Shown here piece after piece: positions 38,777-51,179 of a stretch of 64,000 nt of DNA (the stretch's first letter is position 1; each line of letters opens with the position of its first letter). The notes under the pieces were generated by a model. The model did not search any database and had not been told where the DNA came from. It was given only the letters and a program-made list of their open reading frames with translations. The stretch is from Octopus vulgaris (Eukaryota): assembly GCA_951406725.2 (NCBI GenBank), contig OX597824.1:68138001-68202000 (forward strand), read 5' to 3'. A program made the translations under genes and the position numbers.

Positions 38777-39286
38777 TCTTATTATAAAAGGCAGATTTTA
38801 TCTGCCTCCCTTTGGGAGTTATACAAATCTACAATATAGGATTTCTTCAATTACAATTTACCTGGCAGTTTTAAGAGTACAATGCATCGCGTCATGCCAG
38901 GTCCAGTTTTTAAAATTTAAACTCCAATTAAGCAAAATTTACAGAAAACTCACATTCTGGTGTGTGTGTCAAATGCTTTTCTTAGTCTGGTTTACAGCAC
39001 ACGCAAACGCACACACACAGTGGGCAACGAATAAAATGAAAGTAATTGACTTACTGTAGTGAGTGATTCTTTCACTCTGCCTCCCAATTCCTCTTTCAAC
39101 ACATAGACACACAAATATATAAATAAAATTGTAAGCTAACGTGCGTGTGTGTGAGTGGGTGTGTGTGGGTGTGCACGTGTGTGTGTGTGAGGGTGCGTGT
39201 CTGTGTGTGTGTGTGTGCGTGTGCGTGAGTGTGTGACAGGAAAGTTTTTTACGACGAACATAACACCTATATCCAAGTAGCAGAAA

Positions 39287-39660
39287 GATAAGACAGTAAG
39301 GTGTGATTTGAGGGAGATTTGGCTGCTATTTCTACCATGTCTAGCTGCCATGTAGGGGTCTCCCTCATAGGCTCATACATACATATATACATAGATAAGA
39401 CAGTAAGGTGTGATTTGGGGGAAATTTGGCTGCTATTTCTACCAGGTCTAGCTGCCATGTAGGGGTCTCCCTCATAGGCTCATACATACATATATACATA
39501 GATAAGACAGTAAAGTGTGATTTGGGGGAAATTTGACTGCTATTTCTACCAGGTCTAGCTACCATGTAGAGGTCCCCCTCATTGGCTCATATATATATAC
39601 ATACATAAGACAGTAAGGTGTGATTTGAGGGAGATTTGGCTGCTGTTTCTACCAGGTCTG
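39287..39660. repeat. 107-bp minisatellite within the Helitron units
   Basis: Unit starts at 39287, 39394, 39501 and about 39605. One more unit in the second Helitron copy (41340-41817) and one fewer in the later copies. Confidence 0.9.
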
Positions 39661-40020
39661 TTAGGCCTTCTCGTGTAAACTCAAGCTTTCTCATGCCTTG
39701 AACATAAGACCAAAGCAGAGAATGTATTCTTTTATTCTTCTGCTTTTTCCAGCCATTGGTCTGTGGCCATGCTGGGGCAATGCCTTGAAGAATTGTAGTT
39801 TAATGAATCAACTCCAGTTTTATTTTTGTAAGCATTGTACTTATTCTATCTGTTTCCTTTGTCAAACCACTAGGTGACAGGAATGTAAACAAACCAACAT
39901 TCATTGTCAAGCAGTGGTGGAGGACAATCACAAGCACAGACACGCACACACACACACATACATGCATACACATATACACACATACATACATACATATATA
40001 TATATGTGTGTATATATATA

Positions 40021-40279
40021 TTGCAGCCTGGAAGGTATTTGTAAGCCATTTAAGAAACACACAAAAACCGTTACATTCACTTCAACATTTAAATTTAATT
40101 TGCCAAAATATTTTCGTCGCTTTGAGACCGCGACCTGTTCACTGACAAAAATATCGTGCTAACAGGTCGCGGTCTCAAAGCGACGAAAATATTTTGACAA
40201 ATTAAATTTAAATGTTGAAGTGAATCTAACGGTTTTTGTGTGTTTCTTAAATGGCTTATAAACACCTTCAACGCTGCAA
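40021..40279. repeat. Long inverted repeat (119-bp arms, 21-bp spacer); repeated at 42160-42418 and 45971-46229
   Basis: Arms 40021-40139 and 40161-40279 are near-perfect reverse complements. Confidence 0.92.
40099..40149 (-). ncRNA. Type I hammerhead-like fold with G3-C8 core swap (copies at 42238-42288 and 46049-46099)
   Basis: tttgtca-GTGAACA-g-gtcgc(ggtctcaaa)gcgac-GAA-AATATT-T-tggcaaa: 7-bp stem I, 5-bp stem II, palindromic stem III. Confidence 0.6.
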
Positions 40280-41214
40280 CTGTTTTCGTTCCAGCACACG
40301 ATCTCAGATCAAGTCACTTGCTATGCAAGTACATCTCTGTAACTATATATATATTTATATATATATATATATGTATATTGGTAAAAACAGTAAGATAACA
40401 AAAGAAAGAAAGAGACCTCAATATTATGTAAATAGAGGAAATCTTTATATATAAAAGTGAGGTTGTGTGTCTGTCTCCTACGATTTAGATTCCTAACTAC
40501 TCCCACATTTTGCGGTGCAGTTTAACCAAAACCGGGTATCTTATAGTCGTGATTCATATCGAGACCGTCTGGGTATTAGCGCGCGTCTACGATGAGTCTA
40601 TGATTTTAAAAAAAAATTTACCATCAATTTTTCCCATTTTTAATCCATTTTTGACATATATAAGGGAAGTAACTCTCTAAAATTTATTATTAAATCTCAG
40701 AACGTAAAAAGCTACAGTAACACCCTCCCCCTTTGTGGTTAGCCATATTGAGATGGCTATTATACTTTACATCTCTAAAAATGCTTATATAATTATTTCC
40801 CTTACAAACCCGAGCAACGCCGGGCGATACTGCTAGTCTTATTATAAAAGGCAGATTTTATCTGCCTCCCTTTGGGAGTTATACAAATCTACAATATAAG
40901 ATTTCTTCAATTACAATTTACCTAGCAATTTTAAGAGTACAATGCATCGCGTCATGCCAGGTCCAGTTTTTAAAATTTAAACTCCAATTAAGCAAAATTT
41001 ACAGAAAACTCACATTCTGGTGTGTGTGTCAAATGCTTTTCTTAGTCTGGTTTACACCACACGCAAACGCACACACACAGTGGGCAGCGAATAAAATGAA
41101 AGTAATTTACTTACTGTAGTGAGTGATTCTTTCACTCTGCCTCCCACTTCCTCTTTCAACACATAGACACGCAAATATATAAATAAAATTGTAAGCTAAC
41201 GTGCGTGTGTGTGA

Positions 41215-41250
<36 letters not shown>

Positions 41251-42491
41251 GTGAGGGTGCGCGCGTGTGTGTGTGTGTGTGTGCGTGTGCGTGAGTGTGT
41301 GACAGGAAAGTTTTTTACGACGAATATAAGTAGCAGAAAGATAAGACAGTAAGGTGTGATTTGAGGGAGATTTGGCTGCTATTTCTACCATGTCTAGCTG
41401 CCATGTAGGGTCTCCCTCATAGGCTCATACATACATATATACATAGATAAGACAGTAAGGTGTGATTTGGGGAAATTTGGCTGCTATTTCTACCAGGTCT
41501 AGCTGCCATGTAGGGGTCTCCCTCATAGGCTCATACATACATATATACATAGATAAGACAGTAAGGTGTGATTTGGGGGAAATTTGGCTGCTATTTCTAC
41601 CAGGTCTAGCTGCCATGTAGGGGTCTCCCTCATAGGCTCATACATACATATATACATAGATAAGACAGTAAGGTGTGATTTGGGGGAAATTTGGCTGCTA
41701 TTTCTACCAGGTCTAGCTACCATGTAGAGGTCCCCTCATTGGCTCATATATATATACATACATAAGACAGTAAGGTGTGATTTGAGGGAGATTTGGCTGC
41801 TGTTTCTACCAGGTCTGTTAGGCCTTCTCATGTAAACTCAAGCTTTCTTATGCCTTGAACATAAGACCAAAGCAGAGAATGTATTCTTTTATTCTTCTGC
41901 TTTTTCCAGCCATTGGTCTGTGGCCATGCTGGGGCAATGCCTTGAAGAATTGTAGTTTAATGAATCAACTCCAGTTTTATTTTTGTAAGCATTGTACTTA
42001 TTCTATCTGTTTCCTTTGTCAAACCACTAGGTGACAGGGATGTAAACAAACCAACATTCGTTGTCAAGCAGTGGTGGAGGACAATCACAAGCACAGACAC
42101 GCACACACACACACATACATGCATACATACATATATATATATATGTGTGTATATATATATTGCAGCGTGGAAGGTGTTTGTAAGCCATTTAAGAAACACA
42201 CAAAAACCGTTACATTCACTTCAACATTTAAATTTAATTTGCCAAAATATTTTCGTCGCTTTGAGACCGCGACCTGTTCACTGACAAAAATATCGTGCTA
42301 ACAGGTCGCGGTCTCAAAGCGACGAAAATATTTTGACAAATTAAATTTAAATGTTGAAGTGAATCTAACGGTTTTTGTGTGTTTCTTAAATGGCTTATAA
42401 ACACCTTCAACGCTGCAACTGTTTTCGTTCCAGCACACGATCTCAGATCAAGTCACTTGCTATGCAAGTACATCTCTGTAACTATTTATAC

Positions 42492-42543
<52 letters not shown>

Positions 42544-43623
42544 TGTTAAAAACAGTAAGATAACAAAAGAAAGAAAGAGACCTCAATATTATGTAAATAG
42601 AGGAAATCTTTATATATAAAAGTGAGGTTGTGTGTCTGTCTCCTACGATTTACATTCCTAACTACTCCCACATTTTACGGTGCAGTTTAACCAAAACCGG
42701 GTATCTTATAGTCGTGATTCATATCGAGACCGTCTGGGTATTAGCGCGCGTCTACGATGAGTCTACGATTTAAAAAAAAATTACCATCAATTTTTCCCAT
42801 TTTTAATCCATTTTTGACATATATAAGGGAAGTAACTCTCTAAAATTTATTATTAAATCTCAGAACGTAAAAAGCTACAGTAACACCCCTCCCCCTTTGT
42901 GGTTAGCGATATTGAGATGGCTATTATACTTTACATCTCTAAAAATGCTTATATAATTATTTCCCTTACAAACCCGAGCAACGCCGGGCGATACTGCTAG
43001 TCTTATTATAAATCTCTTATTATAAAAGGCAGATTTTATCTGCCTCCCTTTGTCACTTATAGAAATCTACAATATAGCATTTCTTCAATTACAATTTACC
43101 TAGCATTTTTAAGAGTACAATGCATCGCGTCATGCCAGGTCCAGTTTTTAAAATTTAAACTCCAATTAAGCAAAATTTACAGAAAACTCACATTCTGGTG
43201 TGTGTCAAATGCTTTTCTTAGTCTGGTTTACACCACACGCAAACGCACACACACAGTGGGCAACGAATAAAATGGAAGTAATTCACTTACTGTAGTGAGT
43301 GATTCTTTCACTCTGCCTCCCACTTCCTCTTTCCACACATAGACACGCAAATATATAAATAAAATTGTAAGCTAACGTGCGTGTGTGTGTGTGTGTGCGC
43401 GTGTGTGTGTGTGTGAGGGTGCGTGTGTGTGTGTGTGTGTGTGTGTGCGTGTGCGTGAGTGTGACAGGAAAGTTTTTTACGAAGAATATAAGACCTATAT
43501 CCAAGTAGCAGAAAGATAAGACAGTAAGGTGTGATTTGAGGGAGATTTGGTTGCTATTTCTACCATGTCTAGCTGCCATGTAGGGGTCTCCCTCATAGGC
43601 TCATACATACATCTATACATAGA

Positions 43624-44338
43624 CTAGCAGTATCGCCCGGCGTTGCTCGGGTTTGTAAGGGAAATAATTATATAAGCATCTTTAGAGATGTAAAGTATAA
43701 TAGCCATCTCAATATGGCTAACCACAAAGGGGGAGGGGGTGTTACTGTAGCTTTTTACGTTCTGAGATTTAATAATAAATTTTAGAGAGTTACTTCCCTT
43801 ATATATGTCAAAAATGGATTAAAAATGGGAAAAATTGATGGTAATTTTTTTTTTAATCGTAGACTCATCGTAGACGCGCGCTAATACCCAGACGGTCTCG
43901 ATATGAATCACGACTATAAGATACCCGGTTTTGGTTAAACTGCACCGCAAAATGTGGGAGTAGTTAGGAATGTAAATCGTAGGAGACAGACACACAACCT
44001 CACTTTTATATATAAAGATTTCCTCTATTTACATAATATTGAGGTCTCTTTCTTTCTTTTTTGTTATCTTACTGTTTTTACCAATATATATATATAAATA
44101 TATATATAGTTACAGAGATGTACTTGCATAGCAAGTGACTTGATCTGAGATCGTGTGCTGGAACGAAAACAGTTGCAGCGTTGAAGGTGTTTATAAGCCA
44201 TTTAAGAAACATACAAAAACCGTTAGATTCACTTGTGGCAAATTAAATTTAAATGTTGAAGTGAATGTAACGGTTTTTGTGTGTTTCTTAAATGGCTTAC
44301 AAACACCTTCCACGCTGCAATATATATATACACACATA

Positions 44339-44369
<31 letters not shown>

Positions 44370-45041
44370 GTGTATATGTGCATGCATGTATGTGTGTGTG
44401 TGTGCGTGTCTGTGCTTGTGATTGTCCTCCACCACTGCTTGACAACGAATGTTGGTTTGTTTACATCCCTGTCACCTAGTGGTTTGACAAAGGAAACAGA
44501 TAGAATAAGTACAATGCTTACAAAAATAAAACTGGAGTTGATTCATTAAACTACAATTCTTCAAGGCATTGCCCCAGCATGGCCACAGACCAATGGCTGG
44601 AAAAGCAGAAGAATAAAAGAATACATTCTCTGCTTTGGTCTTATGTTCAAGGCATGAGAAAGCTTGAGTTTACATGAGAAGGCCTAACAGACCTGGTAGA
44701 AACAGCAGCCAAATCTCCCTCAAATCACACCTTACTGTCTTATGTATGTATATATATATGAGCCAATGAGGGGGACTTCTACATGGTAGCTAGACCTGGT
44801 AGAAACAGCAGCCAAATTTCCCCCAAATCACACCTTACTGTCTTATCTATGTATATATGTATGTATGAGCCTATGAGGGAGACCCCTACATGGCAGCTAG
44901 ACATGGTAGAAATAGCAGCCAAATCTCCCTCAAATCACACCTTACTGTCTTATCTTTCTGCTACTTGGATATAGGTGTTATATTCGTCGTAAAAAACTTT
45001 CCTGTCACACACTCACGCAGACGCACACACACACGCACCCT

Positions 45042-45072
<31 letters not shown>

Positions 45073-45450
45073 TCACACACACGCACGTTAGCTTACAATT
45101 TTATTTATATATTTGCGTGTCTATGTGTGGAAAGAGGAAGTGGGAGGCAGAGTGAAAGAATCACTCACTACAGTAAGTGAATTACTTTCATTTTATTCGT
45201 TGCCCACTGTGTGTGTGCGTTTGCGTGTGGTGTAAACCAGACTAAGAAAAGCATTTGACACACACCAGAATGTGAGTTTTCTGTAAATTTTGCTTAATTG
45301 GAGTTTAAATTTTAAAAACTGGACCTGGCATGACGCGATGCATTGTACTCTTAAAAATGCTAGGTAAATTGTAATTGAAGAAATGCTATATTGTAGATTT
45401 GTATAACTCCCAAAGGGAGGCAGATAAAATCTGCCTTTTATAATAAGAGA
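43624..45450 (-). mobile_element. Composite Helitron copy inserted in reverse orientation into array unit 3
   Basis: Removing it restores cataga|taagacagta exactly (A|T site, no TSD). It has its own TC and CTAG termini. Confidence 0.85.
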
Positions 45451-46301
45451 TAAGACAGTAAGGTGTGATTTGGGGGAAATTTGGCTGCTATTTATACCAG
45501 GTCTAGCTACCATGTAGAGGTCCCCCTCATTGGCTCATATATATATACATACATAAGACAGTAAGGTGTGATTTGAGGGAGATTTGGCTGCTGTTTCTAC
45601 CAGGTCTGTTAGGCCTTCTCATGTAAACTCAAGCTTTCTCATGCCTTGAACATAAGACCAAAGCAGAGAATGTATTCTTTTATTCTTCTGCTTTTTCCAG
45701 CCATTGGTCTGTGGCCATGCTGGGGCAATGCCTTGAAGAATTGTAGTTTAATGAATCAAATCCAGTTTTATTTTTGTAAGCATTGTACTTATTCTATCTG
45801 TTTCCTTTGTCAAACCACTAGGTGACAGGGATGTAAACAAACCAACATTCGTTGTCAAGCAGTGGTGGAGGACAATCACAAGCACAGACACGCACACACA
45901 CACACATACATGCATACACATATACACACATACATACATACATACATATATATATGTGTGTATATATATATTGCAGCGTGGAAGGTGTTTATAAGCCATT
46001 TAAGAAACACACAAAAACCGTTACATTCACTTCAACATTTAAATTTAATTTTCCAAAATATTTTCGTCGCTTTGAGACCGCGACCTGTTCACTGACAAAA
46101 ATATCGTGCTAACAGGTCGCGGTCTCAAAGCGACGAAAATATTTTGACAAATTAAATTTAAATGTTGAAGTGAATCTAACGGTTTTTGTGTGCTTCTTAA
46201 ATGGCTTATAAACACCTTCAACGCTGCAACTGTTTTCGTTCCAGCACACGATCTCAGATCAAGTCACTTGCTATGCAAGTACATCTCTGTAACTATATAT
46301 A

Positions 46302-46352
<51 letters not shown>

Positions 46353-47985
46353 ATTGGTAAAAACAGTAAGATAACAAAAGAAAGAAAGAGACCTCAATAT
46401 TATGTAAATAGAGGAAATCTTTATATATAAAAGTGAGGTTGTGCGTCTGTCTCCTACGATTTACATTCCTAACTACTCCCACATTTTGCGGTGCAGTTTA
46501 ACCAAAACCGGGCATCTTATAGTCGTGATTCATATCGAGACCGTCTGGGTATTAGCGCGCGTCTACGATAAGTCTACGATTAAAAAAAAAATTTACCATC
46601 AATTTTTCCCATTTTTAATCCATTTTTGACATATATAAGGGAAGTAACTCTCTAAAATTTATTATTAAATCTCAGAACGTAAAAAGCTACAGTAACACCC
46701 CCTCCCTTTGTGGTTAGCGATATTGAGATGGCTATTATACTTTACATCTCTAAAAATGCTTATATAATTATTTCCCTTACAAACCCGAGCAACGCCGGGC
46801 GATACTGCTAGTCTTATAATAAAAGGCAGATTTTATCTGCCTCCCTTTGTAAGTTATAGAAATCTACAATATAGGATTTCTTCAATTACAATTTACCTAG
46901 TATTTTTAAGAGTAGAATGCATCGGGTCATGCCAGGTCCAGTTTTTAAAATTTAAACTCCAATTAAGCAAAATTTACAGAAAACTCACATTCTGGTGTGT
47001 ATGTCAAATGCTTTTCTTAGTCTGGTTTACAGCACACGCAAACGCACACACACAGTGTGCAACGAATAGAGTGAAACTAGATGTAATATTTGTTTCTGTC
47101 TATCACGCTGATAGATACATGAGTAAAATGTATGGGAAGCTAACAGATAAGTGTGAGTGAAAATGTTCTTGGAAGAGAGTAAATTAGCGACAGAGTGATT
47201 TGATGAAGACTAAACTGAAAGTATGAAACAGTGTTTATGTATAAACAGACGACACTTATATAAACCCTTTCGTTACCAAACCGCCCGAATTTACCTATTC
47301 ATATTTAAATGAGAATATCAGAGTAAATCTCTTTAGTACATTCGTGAAAACACGTATTATACTTCGTAAACACTTCAAATACAGTTTTGTACAAAAATCG
47401 AAGTGTAATTTTAATTCCGTGAATTATGGGAGATTTTTTTCCGAAATTTGTTCCTATTGTGTTTTCAAAATTTGTAATTCTGACAAAAAATGGATACGAA
47501 TTTCATTATATCAAGCAGCGAGTCAGAATTCGAAGGATTTTCTACTGAAGACCTTCATAAATCTAACTCTATGACTGAAAAAAAAAGCATCTTTATATAA
47601 GAGTGAAGTTGTGTGTTTGTCCCCTTCGATTTAGATTCGTAACTACTCCCACATTTTGCGGTGCAGTTTAACCAAAAGCGGGTATCTTATAGTCGTGATT
47701 CATATCGAGCCCTTCTGGGTATTAGCGCGCGTCTACGATGAGTCTACGATTTTTAAAAAATTTACCATCATATTTTTCCATTTTAATGCATTTTTTTCGC
47801 TATTATATAAGGGAAGTAACTCTCTAAAAATATCTACGATGTGTCAACGATTTTTTTAAAAAATTTACCTTCATTTTTTTTCAATTTTTAATGCATTTTT
47901 TTGCTATTTTTTTGGCTATAACTCTCTAAAAATGCTTATATAGTTATTTCCCTTACAACCCGAGCAACGCCGGGCGATACTGCTA

Positions 47986-48035
<50 letters not shown>

Positions 48036-48036
48036 T

Positions 48037-48086
48037 TAAAAGCAGCAGAAATTTAACAAAAATTTGTTAAATTTCTGCTGCTTTTA
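48037..48086. repeat. Perfect 24-bp inverted repeat with 2-bp spacer
   Basis: taaaagcagcagaaatttaacaaa-aa-tttgttaaatttctgctgctttta. Confidence 0.92.
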
Positions 48087-48162
48087 TACCTCTGGTATTT
48101 GAGTACTCTTTTTTTCACCTTGTTTCACATTTATGTGTTTACTCCGGTATACATACATATCT

Positions 48163-48246
<84 letters not shown>

Positions 48247-48687
48247 TATAATTCACTGTGCGTGTGTGTGTGTGTGTGTGTTTGTGGGTCTCCTTTATGT
48301 ACGGCCAAACCGGTGGATCAATCTGTACCAAATTTGGCATGAAGGTTTTTCATTCATCGGGGAAGGTTCTAGTGGGAGTGGGGGGCAAATTTTGGCCCTT
48401 GCCCATATGGGGTGGGTAGTAACCCCCTTACCCCGCCAACAATCGATCTTATCGATTTTTTTTTACTTTTCAGCGGATTCCTATGTTTTCAAAGACAGCG
48501 ATTCTGAATATGCAAAAAAAAAAAAAGTTTACAAAATTTTAAATTCTCTCTCTCCCCCAAATTTTCAATTTTTTACCTTTTTTCAATTTTCTTTTTCAAT
48601 CTACGTGAGAAAATATGGAGATTAAGAATATGGAAAAGAATTTTTTTCTTCTTCAAATTTTCTATGAAGAACTCCAAAATTGATCCA

Positions 48688-49086
48688 CAGGAGTGGCTGT
48701 GTGGTAAGTAGCATGTTTACTAACCACATGGTTCCGGGTTCAGTCCCACTGCGTGGCACCTTGGGCAAGTGACTTCTACTATAGCCTCGGGCCGACCAAA
48801 GCCTTGTGAGTGGATTTGGTAGACGGAAAACTGAAAGAAGCCCGTCGTATATATGTATATATATATGTGCGTGTATGTTTGTGTGTCTGTGTTTGTCCCC
48901 CTAGCATTGCTTGACAATGTTTATGTCCCCGTAACTTAGCGGTTCGGCAAAAGAGTTCGATAGGATAAGTACTGGGCTTACAGAAGAATAAGTCCCGGGG
49001 TCGAGTTGCTCGATTCAAGGCGGTGCTCCAGCATGGCCGCAGTCAAATGACTGAAACAAGTAAAAGAGTAAAAGAGTAAAAGAGTA
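48688..49086 (+). mobile_element. Full-length SINE family C
   Basis: Head ggctgtgtggtaag...gggttcagtccc, CORE-like gtggcaccttgggcaagtg, internal TA/TG tract, and (gtaaaaga)n tail. Confidence 0.88.
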
Positions 49087-49384
49087 CATACATCGCCACC
49101 CCATCCCGTTGCCTAAAACAGAAGATGAACTGCTAAAAATAACAGTTAAATGTCGGGAAATTTTTTGTGTTTGTATAATTAGAAGAGAGAATACGTTGTT
49201 ATCAAAAGCGTTAAAACTTTATTTATTTGATCGATCTGTTACTCAGGCTTTTGATTTCATCTGATACACACTTTGCTATCATTTATAGGGAGAATTGCAA
49301 CAGCAACACAAGCTACCCTGTGGTGAGACGGTACCAAATGTCAATGCATGTGTTACCGAACATTGCATAAAACTTTAGCAAGAG

Positions 49385-49980
49385 TCAATGACTATGTGAG
49401 CGAGCCATCTTAGCTCCACGTAGTGATACTGTTACTGTCGACAAAATCAATGGGGATCTCTTGCAGCTGTTGCCAGGACAAGAACAATCTTTCAAAGCCA
49501 TCGACACTGTCATTGACCAGGACCAAGCTGTAGTTTTTCCATCTGAGTTCCTGAACTCTCTACAGCCATAAAAAAGGGGGGCTCCGATCATGCCGCTCAG
49601 AAATCTGGATCCGCTTCCTTTGTACAATGGCACCAGATTGGTGGTGAAAGCGATGAAACCCATGTCCTAGGAGCAGCTATTATTGGGAAATATAAGGGTG
49701 AGGATGACTTTATTCAACGGATCCCATTAATGCCATCTGACCTCCGCTTTGAATTTAAACGGCTCCAATTCCCAATGAAACTAAGTTTTGCTATGTCGAT
49801 AAACAAATCTCAAGGACAATCTCTCAAGGTGGTTGAACTTAACCTTGCTTCTCCTTGCTTCTCTCATGGGCAATTGAATGTAGGATGTTCGTGAATTGGA
49901 AGGCCCCAAACTTTTTTTATTTGTACCCCAATTAAAGGACACACTGAAAACATTGTATATTTAGAAGTTCTACAAAATTA
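49385..49980 (+). mobile_element. Helitron RepHel PIF1-like helicase C-terminal relic
   Basis: LCERAILAP, FPSEFLNSL, PIMPLRNLD, NGTRLVV, FKRLQFP, FAMSINKSQGQSL and CFSHGQL motifs, with stops and frameshifts. Confidence 0.9.
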
Positions 49981-50137
49981 AATTGTGATTGATTTCAGAA
50001 TTTGTTTTAATAACTTAGTTTATACTCACGTCATCTGATAGAATTTTTATGAAAATATATTTTTTATCAGAATAAATATATTCATTATTTACATCATTTA
50101 CATTCAACGGATATTTGTCCTCATCTTGTTTGTTGTT

Positions 50138-50183
50138 AATACGACGTTTCGGCTGATATACCTTCCAGCCTTCTTCAGATGTC
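50138..50183 (-). ncRNA. Minimal type I hammerhead ribozyme (Penelope-type)
   Basis: gacat-CTGAAGA-a-ggctg(..)cagcc-GAA-ACGT-C-gtatt: canonical core, GUC triplet, palindromic ACGT stem III, one stem I mismatch. Confidence 0.65.
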
Positions 50184-50249
50184 TTGGGGAAATTTCGAAC
50201 CTGGGTTCTCATTCCTAAGTTATTCTTCGATGTTATTATTATTATTATT

Positions 50250-50285
<36 letters not shown>

Positions 50286-50304
50286 CAGGTCACTGCTTGG
50301 AATC

Positions 50305-50403
<99 letters not shown>

Positions 50404-50454
50404 CAACAACAACATCGAAGAATACCTTAAGAATGAGAATCCAGGTTCGAAAAT

Positions 50455-50677
50455 ACATACATAAAACATACAAATCTGCTCATACATACGTACATACAGA
50501 CAGACAGTCAGACAGGCATGCAGACAGACAGACAGACATATATACATACATACATGCATGCAAACAAAAATACCCTGTTGTTGATATTGAGATTCTAACG
50601 AAGGAGCCTTGGATCTGGGTTGGAAACCGATTCTTTCTCTATTGGCAAGAAATCATGAAATAAAACTGAATAATGAT
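50455..50677 (+). mobile_element. R4-type RLE element 3' UTR fragment ending in (CATA)n
   Basis: Matches 16948-17170. Confidence 0.65.
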
Positions 50678-50718
50678 ATACATACATACATACATACATA
50701 CATACATACATACATACA

Positions 50719-50749
<31 letters not shown>

Positions 50750-51179
50750 TTACATACACGCATATGCATGCGTGTAGTTACATATATAGATATAGATATG
50801 CATACACACACACACACACACACGCACATGCACATACATACCCACACATACGCACGTATGTACACACGCATACACACATACGTACACAGAAACCAGCGTG
50901 CACGTGCAGATAACGGCCCAAGTTTGTTTCAGCTTAATCAAACAATCTAAAGACAAGATTAAGAAAAAGATTAGTTAAGAACCAGTATTTGTTCACTAAC
51001 CACACTATCACCACTAACACCACCCTATCTGACCATACCAGTGGCAAACTGTAGCAAAAACAAACAAAAAAAAAAGAAAATACAGTGAATATATAAAACC
51101 TCATTCAGTGTTGAACTTACATCAGAAATGAACCTCAAATCATTATATTATGTGATTTATTATTATATCTTTATATTTA

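Larger units (their letters stand above)
38777..47986 (+). mobile_element. Composite non-autonomous Helitron array (three head-to-tail ~2-kb units, one nested inverted unit, one 1.2-kb terminal unit)
   Basis: 5' ends TCTTATTATAAAAGG at 38777, 40837, 43001/43015 and 46812. 3' ends cccgagcaacgccggg hairpin plus CTAG at 40836, 43000, 46811 and 47986. (TA)n on both flanks. Confidence 0.88.

Noticed and set aside
39287-41817. Regularly spaced repeats superficially like a CRISPR array
   Set aside because: The whole 107-bp units are near-identical with no unique spacers, there are no cas genes, and the context is eukaryotic; this is a minisatellite.
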